Below, one piece after another: positions 39,101 through 48,861 of a stretch of DNA of 64,000 nucleotides (positions within the stretch are counted from its first letter, which is position 1; each line of letters begins with the position of its first letter). The notes under the pieces were generated by a model. The model was not told where the DNA came from. It saw only the letters and a program-made list of their open reading frames with translations, and ran no database searches. Both the position numbers and the translations under genes were made by a program. Source of the stretch: a virus; the IMG/VR virus record IMGVR_UViG_3300027917_000024, positions 41,151 to 105,150 of that record. One strand, written 5' to 3'.

Positions 39101-42100
39101 TTCTTGAATATCCCCTATGTTTTGTTTGAATATGGCTTCTAATGTTTCTGGCTGCTTTCCTATAAGTAAGGTTGAAAAGTCCTCACGCACTTCTTGCAGT
39201 ACTTCAAGCTTCCGTCCCATTTCTTCAATTACCTGATTTGCCTCATCTACTTTCTCATTGAAAAATTCTATCCGTTTTGTCAGTTTATCGAATTCCTGCT
39301 GGCTTTCTTCTTGGACGGAAAGTTCTCTTGCAGCTTTGATTTTTGTTTCGGCAGTAATTAATTGTTCGGCATATTTTAATTCAATATCCCGTTGTTTAGT
39401 AAGTAGATCTAGATTTCTTTGTATATGAATTGATCTTTCAGAGCCCATCTCAGATATAGTTTTGGACAGATATTTACGGCTCTCATCCATTAATTTCTTC
39501 TCTGTCTCATAAAAGTCTTTTGATATTAATTTTATCTTGTTGTAATACTCCTGAAATTTCTGAGCTCTAATTTGTTCTCTTACTCCAGGTGTGGCAATTA
39601 TACCTAACTCTGCTATTGCTAGATTAATCTCATTTACCGTATTTTTTGCTTCTCTAACCATTTCGAGCCGTTCTACCACTGTAGCTTGTGCCATCATTTT
39701 TCTTGCGTGGGCAGGTAAAGCGGCCATAACTTGCCGGATAACATTTTGGTTACGTTCTAGATGTTCTCTTACAACATTTGTTCCGTGCGCAGAAATCCGT
39801 GAAATTGTTCCGAACATTCGTTCATAGGCAGCTTCTAAATCATTAACATTATCTACCATATCTACTATTTGTTTTGCCATGGCTAATCCAGCATCGCCAA
39901 GAACTTTTTTCTGCTTCTCCCCAATTTTTTCGAAGTCTTTTATTAGATTTTTTGCTTCCTTACTCGATACATCCATTCCACCTCTAAGCAATTGTTCAAA
40001 TTTTTCTATGTTTATTCCTGCTCTTTTTAAATGCTCTCTCGACAAACTTCCCATTCTACCATAATAAATTCGTAGACGGGCTTCGATAGAGCGTTGTTCT
40101 TGTTCACTTGCACCTTGAAGGGATCTCATGAGCTCTATCATTCGTTGCAATGTATTGTAATAGTACGCTGCTGAAACGTCACTGAATTTTTTTTGATGCT
40201 CATCAAATGCGGCTGTATAAGATGAAAGCTCCGCTCTTAGTTTGTCTATGTCACTGGCACCTTCTGACAGTAGTTTTTTTCTAGCTACTAGATTGCGCTG
40301 TTGTATTTCACGGAGATCTGCATCCATTTCTACTAGAGTTGCTTTTAGTGTTGCTGGTGTTTCCTTTTCAAATTTATCTACAAATGTTGAAGCTTCTGCT
40401 ATAGCGTCAGTAAGAGCCTTTTTAGTAGCATCCGGCGCAAGAGCCGCAAAAGGAGAAAGCAAAGGTCGTTGGAGCCTTGTGCGAAGAGCGGCATATTCAG
40501 TTTCTATATCAGCAAATGCCGTTTCTTTCTCTATTTCTTTTTCTATATCTTTTACCATTTTCCTAACATCTTCTCGCCCTATTTCAACACCAATTTTTAT
40601 ATTATAATCTTTGAATATATCCTGAATCTCTGGAGGAAGATCACGAATAACCCTAAGTAGCTCACTGTTGGCAACTTGACCTGCGTCACCTACTCCTAAT
40701 AGTAATTCTTTCAATCTTTGTAGCGTAAATACTGGCTCTTCAAGTCTTTTGAATTGTAACCAAATAAGGTTAACATCTTTAGGGAGTTCTTTGCCCTGTA
40801 TTATCAGTTCAGTAAATCCTTTAGCAAGATCCACTACATTTTTTCGAAATTTCTCAAGCCCAGTTGTGGATTCAAGCTCCCTGCCAAGAGCATTAGCTCC
40901 ATCATATAAACCATACATTTTTCTCGTAACAGAGGAAAGTCGTATTTCCAGCTCTCTTAATTGCTTAGCTTCTTTTTCTTCTAACTTTTCCAATCGTTCT
41001 AATAGTTCTATTCTTTTCTGGGTAAGTTCTGTCCATTTTGCAATAGATTTTTCTATTTCTCCTGTTGTTGCAAGCTCTGCATCTAAATAAGCTAATATAC
41101 CAGGATACTGTAGTTTTAACCTTTCTCGTACCCTTAACCATTTTTCGGTATAAGGAATTGTAGTACGATATTCTTCTGCTAATTCACGTAACGCTTGTTG
41201 TTCTGCTTCAATAGCGTCAAGTGTTTCTAAGTATGCTTCTCTTGCCTTTTCCAGTTCTGTGTTTGCAGTTCTCAGTGCTTCCTCTTGTTTTTTATACGCC
41301 TTATATAGCAGATACCCTGCAAATACTACAGCAGCAATCGCCAATCCTATCTTATTTAGACCCATCCAGAAGCCAGTAAGGGCGGCTTTAAGTGCAGTAA
41401 GTGACGTGACAGTAGCCCATATACTTTTTGTAGTTTTGGCCATTGCTGCTGGAACGAGTATGGTAAAAGTTTGCTTAAAATCAAAAGCTACACCCTGAAC
41501 CGCCTTTTCAGTAAGATCCATTTGTCCAGTAAGAGATCTGAAATATAATATAAGAGCAGTGACAGGTTTTGACAGTGCTTCAAGAGCCTTACTACTAGTA
41601 GCAATTCTTTTCATTAAAAGTAGTTTACCCATTCCTCTTAATATTCCATACACGACTGCTATTTGTACTGCCAATCGTTTTAAAGTATCAGGAAGCCAAG
41701 ATAATGTGTCTCCTGCCGCATTCAAAACCCATACAAGACCTTTAAGCAAGCTAACTACTGGTTCGATAGCATCTTTACCTAACAATTTGAATCTAGCTAC
41801 AAGTATTTTGACTTGTTGAGCAAAAGTTTCAATCTTGAGTTTTGCCATGGATTCTGCCAGATTGTCAAATTTACCAGTTTGCAGGGCGGCAACTGTTTTA
41901 TTTAGTTCATCTAAATTTGTAATAAGTCCTACCGCAGCTCTTTTCCCAACCTGTCCGAATATATCTTGAAGTTTATCGAATTGTATGGTCGTAAGCTGTC
42001 CTTGATACATACCTCTTTCTAGTGCTGCATTTAATTTGGTAAGAACATCAACTAGATCTAAGGGTTTTGTAAAATCAATATCAATGCTGAACGCTTTTGC

Positions 42101-45100
42101 CAGTTCCTTGGCATTAGATGTAAGTTGTGTTAGAACTCTTGATGCTGACCTACCAGCTTTGGATCCTAAAAGTAATCTGTTGTTTAGCACAGACAAAACA
42201 CCTAAAACCTGTTCAAATGATAATCCAGCCGCATCTGCCTCGTTGATCATATAACCTAGACCAGCAATTAACCCGTTCATATCAACCTGGGATTGATTAA
42301 GTGTTGCAGCTAAACGGTCATTGATATATCTGAATTTATCTGATGCATCCCCTGCTTTTGCTACTTGATCTCCAAAAACTCTAAACAATCCAGCTGTAAT
42401 TCTAGTTGCTTCGCCAATCTCCAATTCTGCTGCTAGTGCTAGATTGGTGACATGACTAACACCTGCCATTGCTTCTTTCATTGAAAGGCCAGCAGAGATC
42501 AATTCCCACATGATAGTGGCTAGATCTTCTACAGCTGATCCAGTCCGTATCATCTCACTTCTTAATCTACTCATAATTTCAACGGATTTGGCTGATACAT
42601 TATACTCTGCAGCGATTGCGGTTGTAACACGAGCTACCTGTGTTTCTAGTTCTGCATAAAATTTTACAAGATCTCTTACACCACGAGTAAACCTAAAAAT
42701 GATATTCTGGGTTGCGTACCATCTGATCTGAACAAGTATTAGACTTTTTATGTCGGAGATAAGAGTGTTGACCATCTGGGTAACACCTTTATATCGTCCC
42801 TGTAATTTATTTACTTGGGTCGATAAATTTTGTGCTTCTTTTGCTAATTCTTCGTAGGCTTTTGCTTGTTCTCTTGTACCGTCCTTACTCTTATCCATTA
42901 TAGTATTGTATAACTGTTGAAGCTTAACATTCCTACCCGTTTCTGAAGCTAGTTTGAAAAGTAACCCTGGATGTCCCCTTCTTAATTGTAATTCCTCTTG
43001 CAATTTTTGTATGTATTGTCCCTCTACAACTATTTGATCTTGTAGAAATCGTGCTGCTTCTTCTCGTGGTGCTTTCTCTAGTTTCATGGCTTTAATTACG
43101 GCCTCAATTCTTTTCTGTCGGGCCTCAGCAATATTTTCACCCTTTTTTTCTTGTTCGCCGTATAGTTCAAGCTGTTCTCTTGCTTCTCTTAATTCTTGTG
43201 ATTTTTTTGCATCCAGTCCTTCTATTTTCATTTTTGGTTCAAACTCTTCGAATTTCTCTCCCGTTTCTGTCATAAGCCTTTCTACTTCCCTAACGGCATT
43301 TTCTCTTAAGCTTACAATTACCTTTTCTACTTCTTCTAGTTTTTTTGTTTTTAGTTCTAGAGGTACTCCGCTTAATTTTTCCATCTCTTGCCTCAACAAA
43401 CGAACAAGATCCCTCGCTTCAACAAATTGTTTCTTGTCTTTGAGTTCTTTGACACGTTCAAGCATAGTTCTGGCTTTATCAAGAGCCTGAATCTCTGTTA
43501 TATATTTATTCATGCCATCTATATTGGTTGATAAGATTTGTGCGAATTGTCGTTCGGCATTTCCAAGATTCTGTGTACGTCCGGTTACTGCTCCAACAGT
43601 ATCACCAAGATCGGATATCACCTTCTTAAATCCACTTACTCGATTTGTAACTGCTTCGTACCCTCTACCTATAGCAACTAATCCGGCTTGTCCTTTGGTT
43701 ATTCCTTTCTGTATTTGTACAATATCAATGAATTGCTGTTTTAGTACCTCTATAGTTTGACCAAGAGAAATCATCCGTGCTCTTTCTTCTTCAAGTATTA
43801 CTCCTTGTTTCATAAGATCTTGGTATATTTTATATTGTGCTGATAAATTCTGTAGAGATGCTCCACCACGATCCTGAGCTCCAATGAGTATTTCTAATCT
43901 CTCTCTCATCACTTCGATATCTCTTCCCGTTTTTTCAACTTCCACTCCGATTGCCAATTTTTTCTGCCCTTCTGCAGATAATTGCTGTAACTTCTCCCGA
44001 ACAATATCAATTCTAGAACCTACTTTTCCCAATGCGTCTTCAAGTATCTTTATTACAGTTTTGAGATCTAAGCCTTCAAGCTTACTTGTATCAATCTCTA
44101 TATCAGTGAACAGTTTTATGGCTGCAGCTAATCCCTCAATCTGTGCTTTTGTTTGAGTCAGTTCTTTATCGCCCAGTCCAATTTTCTTGTCTTGAACTGA
44201 CCGTAACTGATGGAGTACACTGCCTAGAGATTCATACAAGAATTTTAATTGCTCTACCCTTCGAATCCTCAAATTAATGTTTTCTACCATTATCTTTTCT
44301 TTTGCTTCTTCTTCGGTGGCCTGTTGTGCTGTCGCACCGGTCATGATAGCTAATGATTGGATAAGGCCATCCATATGTTGTTTGAATACTTTCAACTTCG
44401 CATTAATAATTTCATATTTCTCTCCTACAGTTCCTAATTTTGCTGCTGATTGGGCAATATCTAACTCAGCCACGTTCTTGGACTGCTGAGATAAAGTTTT
44501 CATTGCGGCCTGGACATCTTTCAAATGCTTAACCTGAGCCGCTGATGCTACTCCTTGGACTTGTAATTGTTGAAGAAGACTCATCTCCTTCTTCAATGAA
44601 CTTGCCGTCACTCCTGTAACCATCATTTCTCTTTGTAGTTTTTCTAACTCTTTTTGTAGCTTAGGAATGCTATCAGCAGCCTTTTCGATTCCATCATCTA
44701 AATTTATTTCTTTCTCCATTTCCGTAAATAGTTTATGAACTGCTTCAAGTGCCGGATCAACCCCTTCCTTAACTAATCTACCTAATTCTTCAACCAATGC
44801 TTTGAGGACTTTGGGTTCCCGTAACTGTTCAACATAAGTAAAACTTTTAATCATATCCCGAGTGTTTGAATTTAGGGCTGAAAGGGCTTTATCTAGTGCT
44901 TTAAAGCTATCTTCACTTATTCCCACCTTACTTTTCATTTGTCCAAGAACGATATTAGCACTATTAATTGCTGCTCTCATCCTATGTATATCAGGAGGTA
45001 TACCAGCCACAATCTCATCCATCTTCGAGAATGTATCAACCATTTTCTGGCCGGTTGCATCTACTCCTATACCGAGATTTCCAATAATTCCTGCGACACT

Positions 45101-47935
45101 TTTAGTTTTTTCTTCCAACAATCTCATCCTTGCTGTTGCTTCACTGAATTGCTCGCCAAACACCTTCTTTTTACCGGAAATTTCGGCTAATTTATTCATA
45201 ATTGTTTCAAGTGCATCAAGTCGGACAGATGTTTTTCCAGCGGCTAATCCTAACCGTATAATTTCTTCCACCTGTTGCCCAAATATAGGAACAGATCTCT
45301 CTACTATTTCTCCTAGTACCGTCAATTGATTTGTATAAGCCTTCTTTGTTTGAATACCTAATGTTTCTTGGGCGTTCAGTTCTTCTAGTTTTATCTTGAG
45401 GTTCCCTACTGCCATCGCATTTTTATCTAATGCATCTGCCTGGAATTCTGTTACTTCAAGTCCTGTTTGTACTGGTGCAAATTTCATTTCCTTTGTCATT
45501 TGCCTACCAGCTCTAATTGCTAATTCTCCGTATATATCTTCAATTTGCTGTACATGCTCCTTGAACATATTGAGCTCTTCGTTGAGTGTATTTTTAAGTA
45601 ATGTCATCCATTCTCGGAGCTCATTGATTCGTGCGTAGTATGCTTTCTCCGCTCCTTCTTGTGTGCTAACCCGTTTTATTTCTTGTCCAAGTGCCGTATA
45701 CTTTTCCTTGTTATCTATAGCCAGCCCCCTCATTACTATCAGATCTTTTATATGCTGTTTTGCCCACGCTGTAGGACTTCTTTGACTAATACCAATAAGT
45801 TCCTCGTTCAAATCATGCCAAGCTTGTGCATTTGTTTCTACCGATGCCGATAATTTATTCAGATCGTTATCAAGTTTGACAAACTCTTCAAATCCTGGGA
45901 GTCCTATGCCTGAGATTTCTCCTGTTACTTTCCTAAATATATCCACTTTTTCGATTACTTTCTCTGTTGCCGCTCTGACTACCTCTTTCATTGATGTCCA
46001 ACTATTTTCAATCCCAACACTGGCACTCCTAAAAGTAGTTAATAATTCCCTGAGACTACTAATACTTCCTTGAAAGTTGACATCTAGTTTCATTGTTTTC
46101 AATGACATCAACCTCTGCATTTCCATAGTTTGTTTTGCCAGCAGCCCCATATTATCTGTGAATAGTTGGATTTGGCTTATTACAGCAGTCCCCAATCCTT
46201 TGGTTCCAAAATCAATTGCGGTATCCCTTGCGGCCTGGAATGTCCTTCTTGTATTTCCCATTTTATTTGCAAGCATATCTAGAAAGCCGATATAGGAATC
46301 AATCATTTTCATATCCTCTTGCTTTATAACACCCCTCAATTCTTCTCGCATGGAAGCAAATCGTGTTCTTAGCCGCATGAGTGTATCTTCTACAGTTCGC
46401 AAAGGGATTTCCAAAGCTTGTCCAAGAATTTTGGGATCTGGTACAAAATCCTTAATATCTAGTCTAGCACCCTTAAATCCTGTTATAGACTCTCTGAATA
46501 CCTGTTGTATACTATTCCTTGCTTCTTTACCACCCTTTTTAGCGGTGTCGTCAATGCTATCCCAAGTAGCTCTCCACTTTTGTACTATCTGTTCTTCTCC
46601 TTCAGTAAGTTCTGCTCTTCCTTCTGGATCCAAACCTAATAACTTCAGGATACTTTCTGTTGGTTGACCGCTAGTAAGTACTGCAAGTATGGCTTCAAAT
46701 GCTCCAGACAGCTTTAATGCTTTCGTAACACTCCTTTCTAATGAAAGACGTATAGTGTCTACACTATCCCGTACCTTATCAGATGTTACTGCAGCACGTT
46801 TTAGATCAACATCAACGGAAAGTTGGTCTAGTTTGGCTGTTTCAGTGAAAAGTTTTGACGTTTGTTCTGATAGTGACCTTAAAGATGCAATCTGTTTCTC
46901 TACCTCCTCCCTTTGTTCACCTGTAATACCTTTTGTTCTTCTTAATCTTTCAAGTCGTGCAATTACCTGATCTATTTGGTTATCTAATGCTTGGAATATC
47001 TTTCTTGCAGGAGGTCCAAATTTAGTATCTATAGCTTCTCCAGCATCTTTTAGCCCACCTTTGACATTTTTTGCTTTTGCGACAAACTCGTCTACAAGAT
47101 TATTTGCATCTTTAATAGTTTTTATGTCTAGGGGTTGCCATTCTCCTGTCCTCGTTACCCGCAATACTGAGCTCATATCTAAAAGATGTTCTTTTGTTGA
47201 TATAAATAGTTTTTCTTGGTCTCTTGTTCTAGCATTCATTATCTGTAGGTCGATTATCATATCGTGTAATTTATCAGAACCTGGATCTATTTTTTGCCAA
47301 GATAAAAGTTGATTTTTTATATGACCTACTTGTGGGGCTATGGAGCTACCTAATAACTTTGCAAATTTCTCAAGAGATGGCATTAAAACTCCAGCCTCTG
47401 GTAACTTTAATGCCTCTGCTATTCCTGCAGTTCTGATCATTTGGTCAAAACGTTTCAGAGTTTGTAATAGATCTATTGCCTCAGTTTTTATTCTACCAAT
47501 AGCTTGCTGCTTTTGTGCCGATGCCCTTGCAAATTTTGGGTCTGCCTGTACTTGATTTATAGTGTTAATTAATGTTTCTACTGCCCGTAATGTATTACTG
47601 GATCTCGATCCAAAATCTTCTATAGTTTTTGTAGATTTTATTGTACTTTCTGCTACTGCAGTGAGGCTTTCTTTAAGAGATCTTCCAGAATGTTGCAACT
47701 GGTCGAAAAAATTTTCAGTTACCTTCGTCAAGTCTTGTATCATCTTTATTATATTCTGTGTCTCTGTCCCTAGTTCCTCAAAGCCCTCCGTATCTGGAGT
47801 CATTTTTACTGTTTCAAGGGCTTTATTTATCTTGCCAGCCAAATTCACTATGGCACTTACTGCTTGCTGAAGAGTGGTAATATCAGCACCAATATCTACA
47901 TAAATGCCGCCTATTTTTTGTCCACCGTTAGCCAT
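36125..47935 (-). CDS. tail tape measure protein (3936 aa)
   Basis: N-terminal IGGIYVDIGAD, long helical body, TP901-like core (ELISAGLS...GLSFEQ...GSKAG) near aa 1760-2050, C-terminal GGIAGGPTLGVIGEGGQSEAVVPLP. Confidence 0.95.
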   Translation of the reverse strand: MANGGQKIGGIYVDIGADITTLQQAVSAIVNLAGKINKALETVKMTPDTEGFEELGTETQNIIKMIQDLTKVTENFFDQLQHSGRSLKESLTAVAESTIKSTKTIEDFGSRSSNTLRAVETLINTINQVQADPKFARASAQKQQAIGRIKTEAIDLLQTLKRFDQMIRTAGIAEALKLPEAGVLMPSLEKFAKLLGSSIAPQVGHIKNQLLSWQKIDPGSDKLHDMIIDLQIMNARTRDQEKLFISTKEHLLDMSSVLRVTRTGEWQPLDIKTIKDANNLVDEFVAKAKNVKGGLKDAGEAIDTKFGPPARKIFQALDNQIDQVIARLERLRRTKGITGEQREEVEKQIASLRSLSEQTSKLFTETAKLDQLSVDVDLKRAAVTSDKVRDSVDTIRLSLERSVTKALKLSGAFEAILAVLTSGQPTESILKLLGLDPEGRAELTEGEEQIVQKWRATWDSIDDTAKKGGKEARNSIQQVFRESITGFKGARLDIKDFVPDPKILGQALEIPLRTVEDTLMRLRTRFASMREELRGVIKQEDMKMIDSYIGFLDMLANKMGNTRRTFQAARDTAIDFGTKGLGTAVISQIQLFTDNMGLLAKQTMEMQRLMSLKTMKLDVNFQGSISSLRELLTTFRSASVGIENSWTSMKEVVRAATEKVIEKVDIFRKVTGEISGIGLPGFEEFVKLDNDLNKLSASVETNAQAWHDLNEELIGISQRSPTAWAKQHIKDLIVMRGLAIDNKEKYTALGQEIKRVSTQEGAEKAYYARINELREWMTLLKNTLNEELNMFKEHVQQIEDIYGELAIRAGRQMTKEMKFAPVQTGLEVTEFQADALDKNAMAVGNLKIKLEELNAQETLGIQTKKAYTNQLTVLGEIVERSVPIFGQQVEEIIRLGLAAGKTSVRLDALETIMNKLAEISGKKKVFGEQFSEATARMRLLEEKTKSVAGIIGNLGIGVDATGQKMVDTFSKMDEIVAGIPPDIHRMRAAINSANIVLGQMKSKVGISEDSFKALDKALSALNSNTRDMIKSFTYVEQLREPKVLKALVEELGRLVKEGVDPALEAVHKLFTEMEKEINLDDGIEKAADSIPKLQKELEKLQREMMVTGVTASSLKKEMSLLQQLQVQGVASAAQVKHLKDVQAAMKTLSQQSKNVAELDIAQSAAKLGTVGEKYEIINAKLKVFKQHMDGLIQSLAIMTGATAQQATEEEAKEKIMVENINLRIRRVEQLKFLYESLGSVLHQLRSVQDKKIGLGDKELTQTKAQIEGLAAAIKLFTDIEIDTSKLEGLDLKTVIKILEDALGKVGSRIDIVREKLQQLSAEGQKKLAIGVEVEKTGRDIEVMRERLEILIGAQDRGGASLQNLSAQYKIYQDLMKQGVILEEERARMISLGQTIEVLKQQFIDIVQIQKGITKGQAGLVAIGRGYEAVTNRVSGFKKVISDLGDTVGAVTGRTQNLGNAERQFAQILSTNIDGMNKYITEIQALDKARTMLERVKELKDKKQFVEARDLVRLLRQEMEKLSGVPLELKTKKLEEVEKVIVSLRENAVREVERLMTETGEKFEEFEPKMKIEGLDAKKSQELREAREQLELYGEQEKKGENIAEARQKRIEAVIKAMKLEKAPREEAARFLQDQIVVEGQYIQKLQEELQLRRGHPGLLFKLASETGRNVKLQQLYNTIMDKSKDGTREQAKAYEELAKEAQNLSTQVNKLQGRYKGVTQMVNTLISDIKSLILVQIRWYATQNIIFRFTRGVRDLVKFYAELETQVARVTTAIAAEYNVSAKSVEIMSRLRSEMIRTGSAVEDLATIMWELISAGLSMKEAMAGVSHVTNLALAAELEIGEATRITAGLFRVFGDQVAKAGDASDKFRYINDRLAATLNQSQVDMNGLIAGLGYMINEADAAGLSFEQVLGVLSVLNNRLLLGSKAGRSASRVLTQLTSNAKELAKAFSIDIDFTKPLDLVDVLTKLNAALERGMYQGQLTTIQFDKLQDIFGQVGKRAAVGLITNLDELNKTVAALQTGKFDNLAESMAKLKIETFAQQVKILVARFKLLGKDAIEPVVSLLKGLVWVLNAAGDTLSWLPDTLKRLAVQIAVVYGILRGMGKLLLMKRIATSSKALEALSKPVTALILYFRSLTGQMDLTEKAVQGVAFDFKQTFTILVPAAMAKTTKSIWATVTSLTALKAALTGFWMGLNKIGLAIAAVVFAGYLLYKAYKKQEEALRTANTELEKAREAYLETLDAIEAEQQALRELAEEYRTTIPYTEKWLRVRERLKLQYPGILAYLDAELATTGEIEKSIAKWTELTQKRIELLERLEKLEEKEAKQLRELEIRLSSVTRKMYGLYDGANALGRELESTTGLEKFRKNVVDLAKGFTELIIQGKELPKDVNLIWLQFKRLEEPVFTLQRLKELLLGVGDAGQVANSELLRVIRDLPPEIQDIFKDYNIKIGVEIGREDVRKMVKDIEKEIEKETAFADIETEYAALRTRLQRPLLSPFAALAPDATKKALTDAIAEASTFVDKFEKETPATLKATLVEMDADLREIQQRNLVARKKLLSEGASDIDKLRAELSSYTAAFDEHQKKFSDVSAAYYYNTLQRMIELMRSLQGASEQEQRSIEARLRIYYGRMGSLSREHLKRAGINIEKFEQLLRGGMDVSSKEAKNLIKDFEKIGEKQKKVLGDAGLAMAKQIVDMVDNVNDLEAAYERMFGTISRISAHGTNVVREHLERNQNVIRQVMAALPAHARKMMAQATVVERLEMVREAKNTVNEINLAIAELGIIATPGVREQIRAQKFQEYYNKIKLISKDFYETEKKLMDESRKYLSKTISEMGSERSIHIQRNLDLLTKQRDIELKYAEQLITAETKIKAARELSVQEESQQEFDKLTKRIEFFNEKVDEANQVIEEMGRKLEVLQEVREDFSTLLIGKQPETLEAIFKQNIGDIQEFLAEDERLLVEAFKKLIKNIDSDQAKFLNEIIEELRRHYGWTHEVALLWFQTLFKDYEKLGFNFDKTIATIEQKTFTTMKSTQDKLYDLQLNRYHDNQQLGIIMDKIRGEDLDSNVQYQTAKLQEDQILFQKETENNHARLEASEQFYNDMAALRKRELEELDKFVATFDSVMSPQQYLNLMQERLKIQEKFNVDQRNRIQETIENYKRLKSGLVKQITETNEAIKRIESYEPPYTKAEEEAIANMKARQTQILAEKENYANKMKEIDEKIAGAKGVPWAQKYFEKRYELQKAAIQGNVDVLKEEETELQQALAEIDKGAKLRNTASLRQFQNYTEQLKVQYEATIRDLAGKHAELLLIEPRELADFAIKSIQRVQQIAQEQLERAKVKVEAQFLVGDVDLGSIKEWESDILESINEFSYNVKEEFVEKLDKALREGTGDVRAKYATYRIIFEDLMRKSYLETIERTKTQARDAIREMLETSLQEIEATAPVLRMDIDIPALKAAGVEVSNIFQWQDQLVGKAEDQKERLKDMIELQRQVRLEAEAEMVPLREKVEKTKKAVEDGKKGIIDRIKEKDKYDELVAAAREYELLVERKAKLEDKSVTYKEGEAEALDEQLIKQDKIINQIIGEGKARKDVLNALKDQGILIQAADEAALNQRINYQNWAQAIDMALRSGQSLAELAKYTGSAWDRALLGMVDALWDFQRQATDFFEVWKGLANTVLEGLNTAIVDTWNAIFRPPKQEIENMSGELRELEEEAARIKREMDLIEVGLVLPEEAAEHLELTQQWKEVQKEIAKARGELDKLESTSRRVGEAFKKFAQTLLDALADIIARLIIVNILSSLGGLFGKQPAKGGPIGTRWLQLEPVRVAKGGIIEGGIRPFTKEQTTLLQTLKATFFQSGGIAGGPTLGVIGEGGQSEAVVPLPDNRSIPVTFTGEGGRTQDIKVINLMDPKMIPSIMLQHPEAIINVINEDIASRGPIYQIIRSIKR

Positions 47936-48292
47936 TTATTTTTTATCCTTCTTTGGCTTTTTAGCAGGTTGCATTGGTATACCTAGTTTCTGGAAGGCGA
48001 GGTCGGGACGGGCTTCTCTAATTTGCTGTTTCCGTTCCGCTTTGTAGAGCGATTTTCGGAATTTTTTAGGTAGGAGTGAATTTACAAATTTCTGAAAGGC
48101 GTTTGCTGCATCCTTTCCACCAAATACAAGAGGCATACAGCTTGCTACTAACATCGCATTTTCATGTTGCTCTTTTCTTCTTATTATAACAGATTTCCTA
48201 TAATAAAACCAGAGTTGGTCTAATGTATAATTCTCGTAAATATCATTAACAGCATGATTGTGTTCTATTAGATATTCAATGACCTCCCCCAA
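47936..48292 (-). CDS. tail assembly chaperone, gpT-like part (reached by -1 frameshift)
   Basis: No ATG or RBS of its own. The frame is open back to the slippery site in the upstream gene. Confidence 0.8.
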   Translation of the reverse strand: MGEVIEYLIEHNHAVNDIYENYTLDQLWFYYRKSVIIRRKEQHENAMLVASCMPLVFGGKDAANAFQKFVNSLLPKKFRKSLYKAERKQQIREARPDLAFQKLGIPMQPAKKPKKDKK

Positions 48293-48303
48293 CGAGATAA
48301 TGT

Positions 48304-48780
48304 CTATCCGCTCGTCATCTGAAGGAGGCTTGATACGTTTTTTATTGAATCCTCATTTTGCTTATAGACAAGGAATATTAGGCGGATAGCTTGCGGGATC
48401 GGAATATCTTCTAATTTTTCTTCTTCTACATCAAGGGAGATTGAAAGAATAGTAATAATTTCATCTATTGCAGCAATGTAAAGATCCCAAAGATTGTTTT
48501 CAATGTTATCCAGTGTTAGTTTTATGCCTTTATTCTCAAGTTTCCCTAGTATACGTTCGAGACATGGATTTACTCTCTTGAGCTTTCCAAGTGTCCATGG
48601 ACGTATCTTAAACCCATCTATTTCAATCTCTGGAAAAAGAATTTCTTCTTCAGATTTTCCTTTGAACTCATCTTCCTCTTCATCTTGTTCTTCTACTTTT
48701 TTTTCTATTACCTCCCCCTTCGCCTGGGCTTCCGCCTCTTCTGCCTCCTTTTTTATTTTTCTTAGTTCGTCAGGTGTCAT
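48304..48780 (-). CDS. tail assembly chaperone gpG-like
   Basis: Lies between tail tube and tape measure, has an AAGGAG RBS and ends ...IKN with a slippery heptamer. Confidence 0.82.
   Translation of the reverse strand: MTPDELRKIKKEAEEAEAQAKGEVIEKKVEEQDEEEDEFKGKSEEEILFPEIEIDGFKIRPWTLGKLKRVNPCLERILGKLENKGIKLTLDNIENNLWDLYIAAIDEIITILSISLDVEEEKLEDIPIPQAIRLIFLVYKQNEDSIKNVSSLLQMTSG
48337..48343 (-). promoter_or_regulatory. -1 programmed ribosomal frameshift site A AAA AAC
   Basis: Minus strand ATA AAA AAC GTA. The -1 frame reads KKRIKPPSDDERIDIISLGEVIEY into the gpT-like ORF. Confidence 0.85.
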
Positions 48781-48799
48781 AGCAGTACATCTCCTTCAC

Positions 48800-48839
48800 A
48801 AGAAAAGGTTGGGTGGAGGGAGCCGAAACCCCCTCCACC
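48800..48839 (-). terminator. intrinsic terminator/attenuator after tail tube gene
   Basis: GGTGGAGGGGGT-TTCG-GCTCCCTCCACC hairpin followed by CAACCTTTTCTT. Confidence 0.7.
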
Positions 48840-48861
48840 GTTCCAAATAGAGAGTGGAATA

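Noticed and set aside
36183-47870. Numerous + strand ORFs inside the tape measure gene, and similar antisense ORFs in sbcC, the HNH and the tail tip genes
   Set aside because: Their Ser/Phe/Leu/Ile-rich composition is the expected antisense of Glu/Lys-rich helical coding sequence. They have no RBS or motifs.
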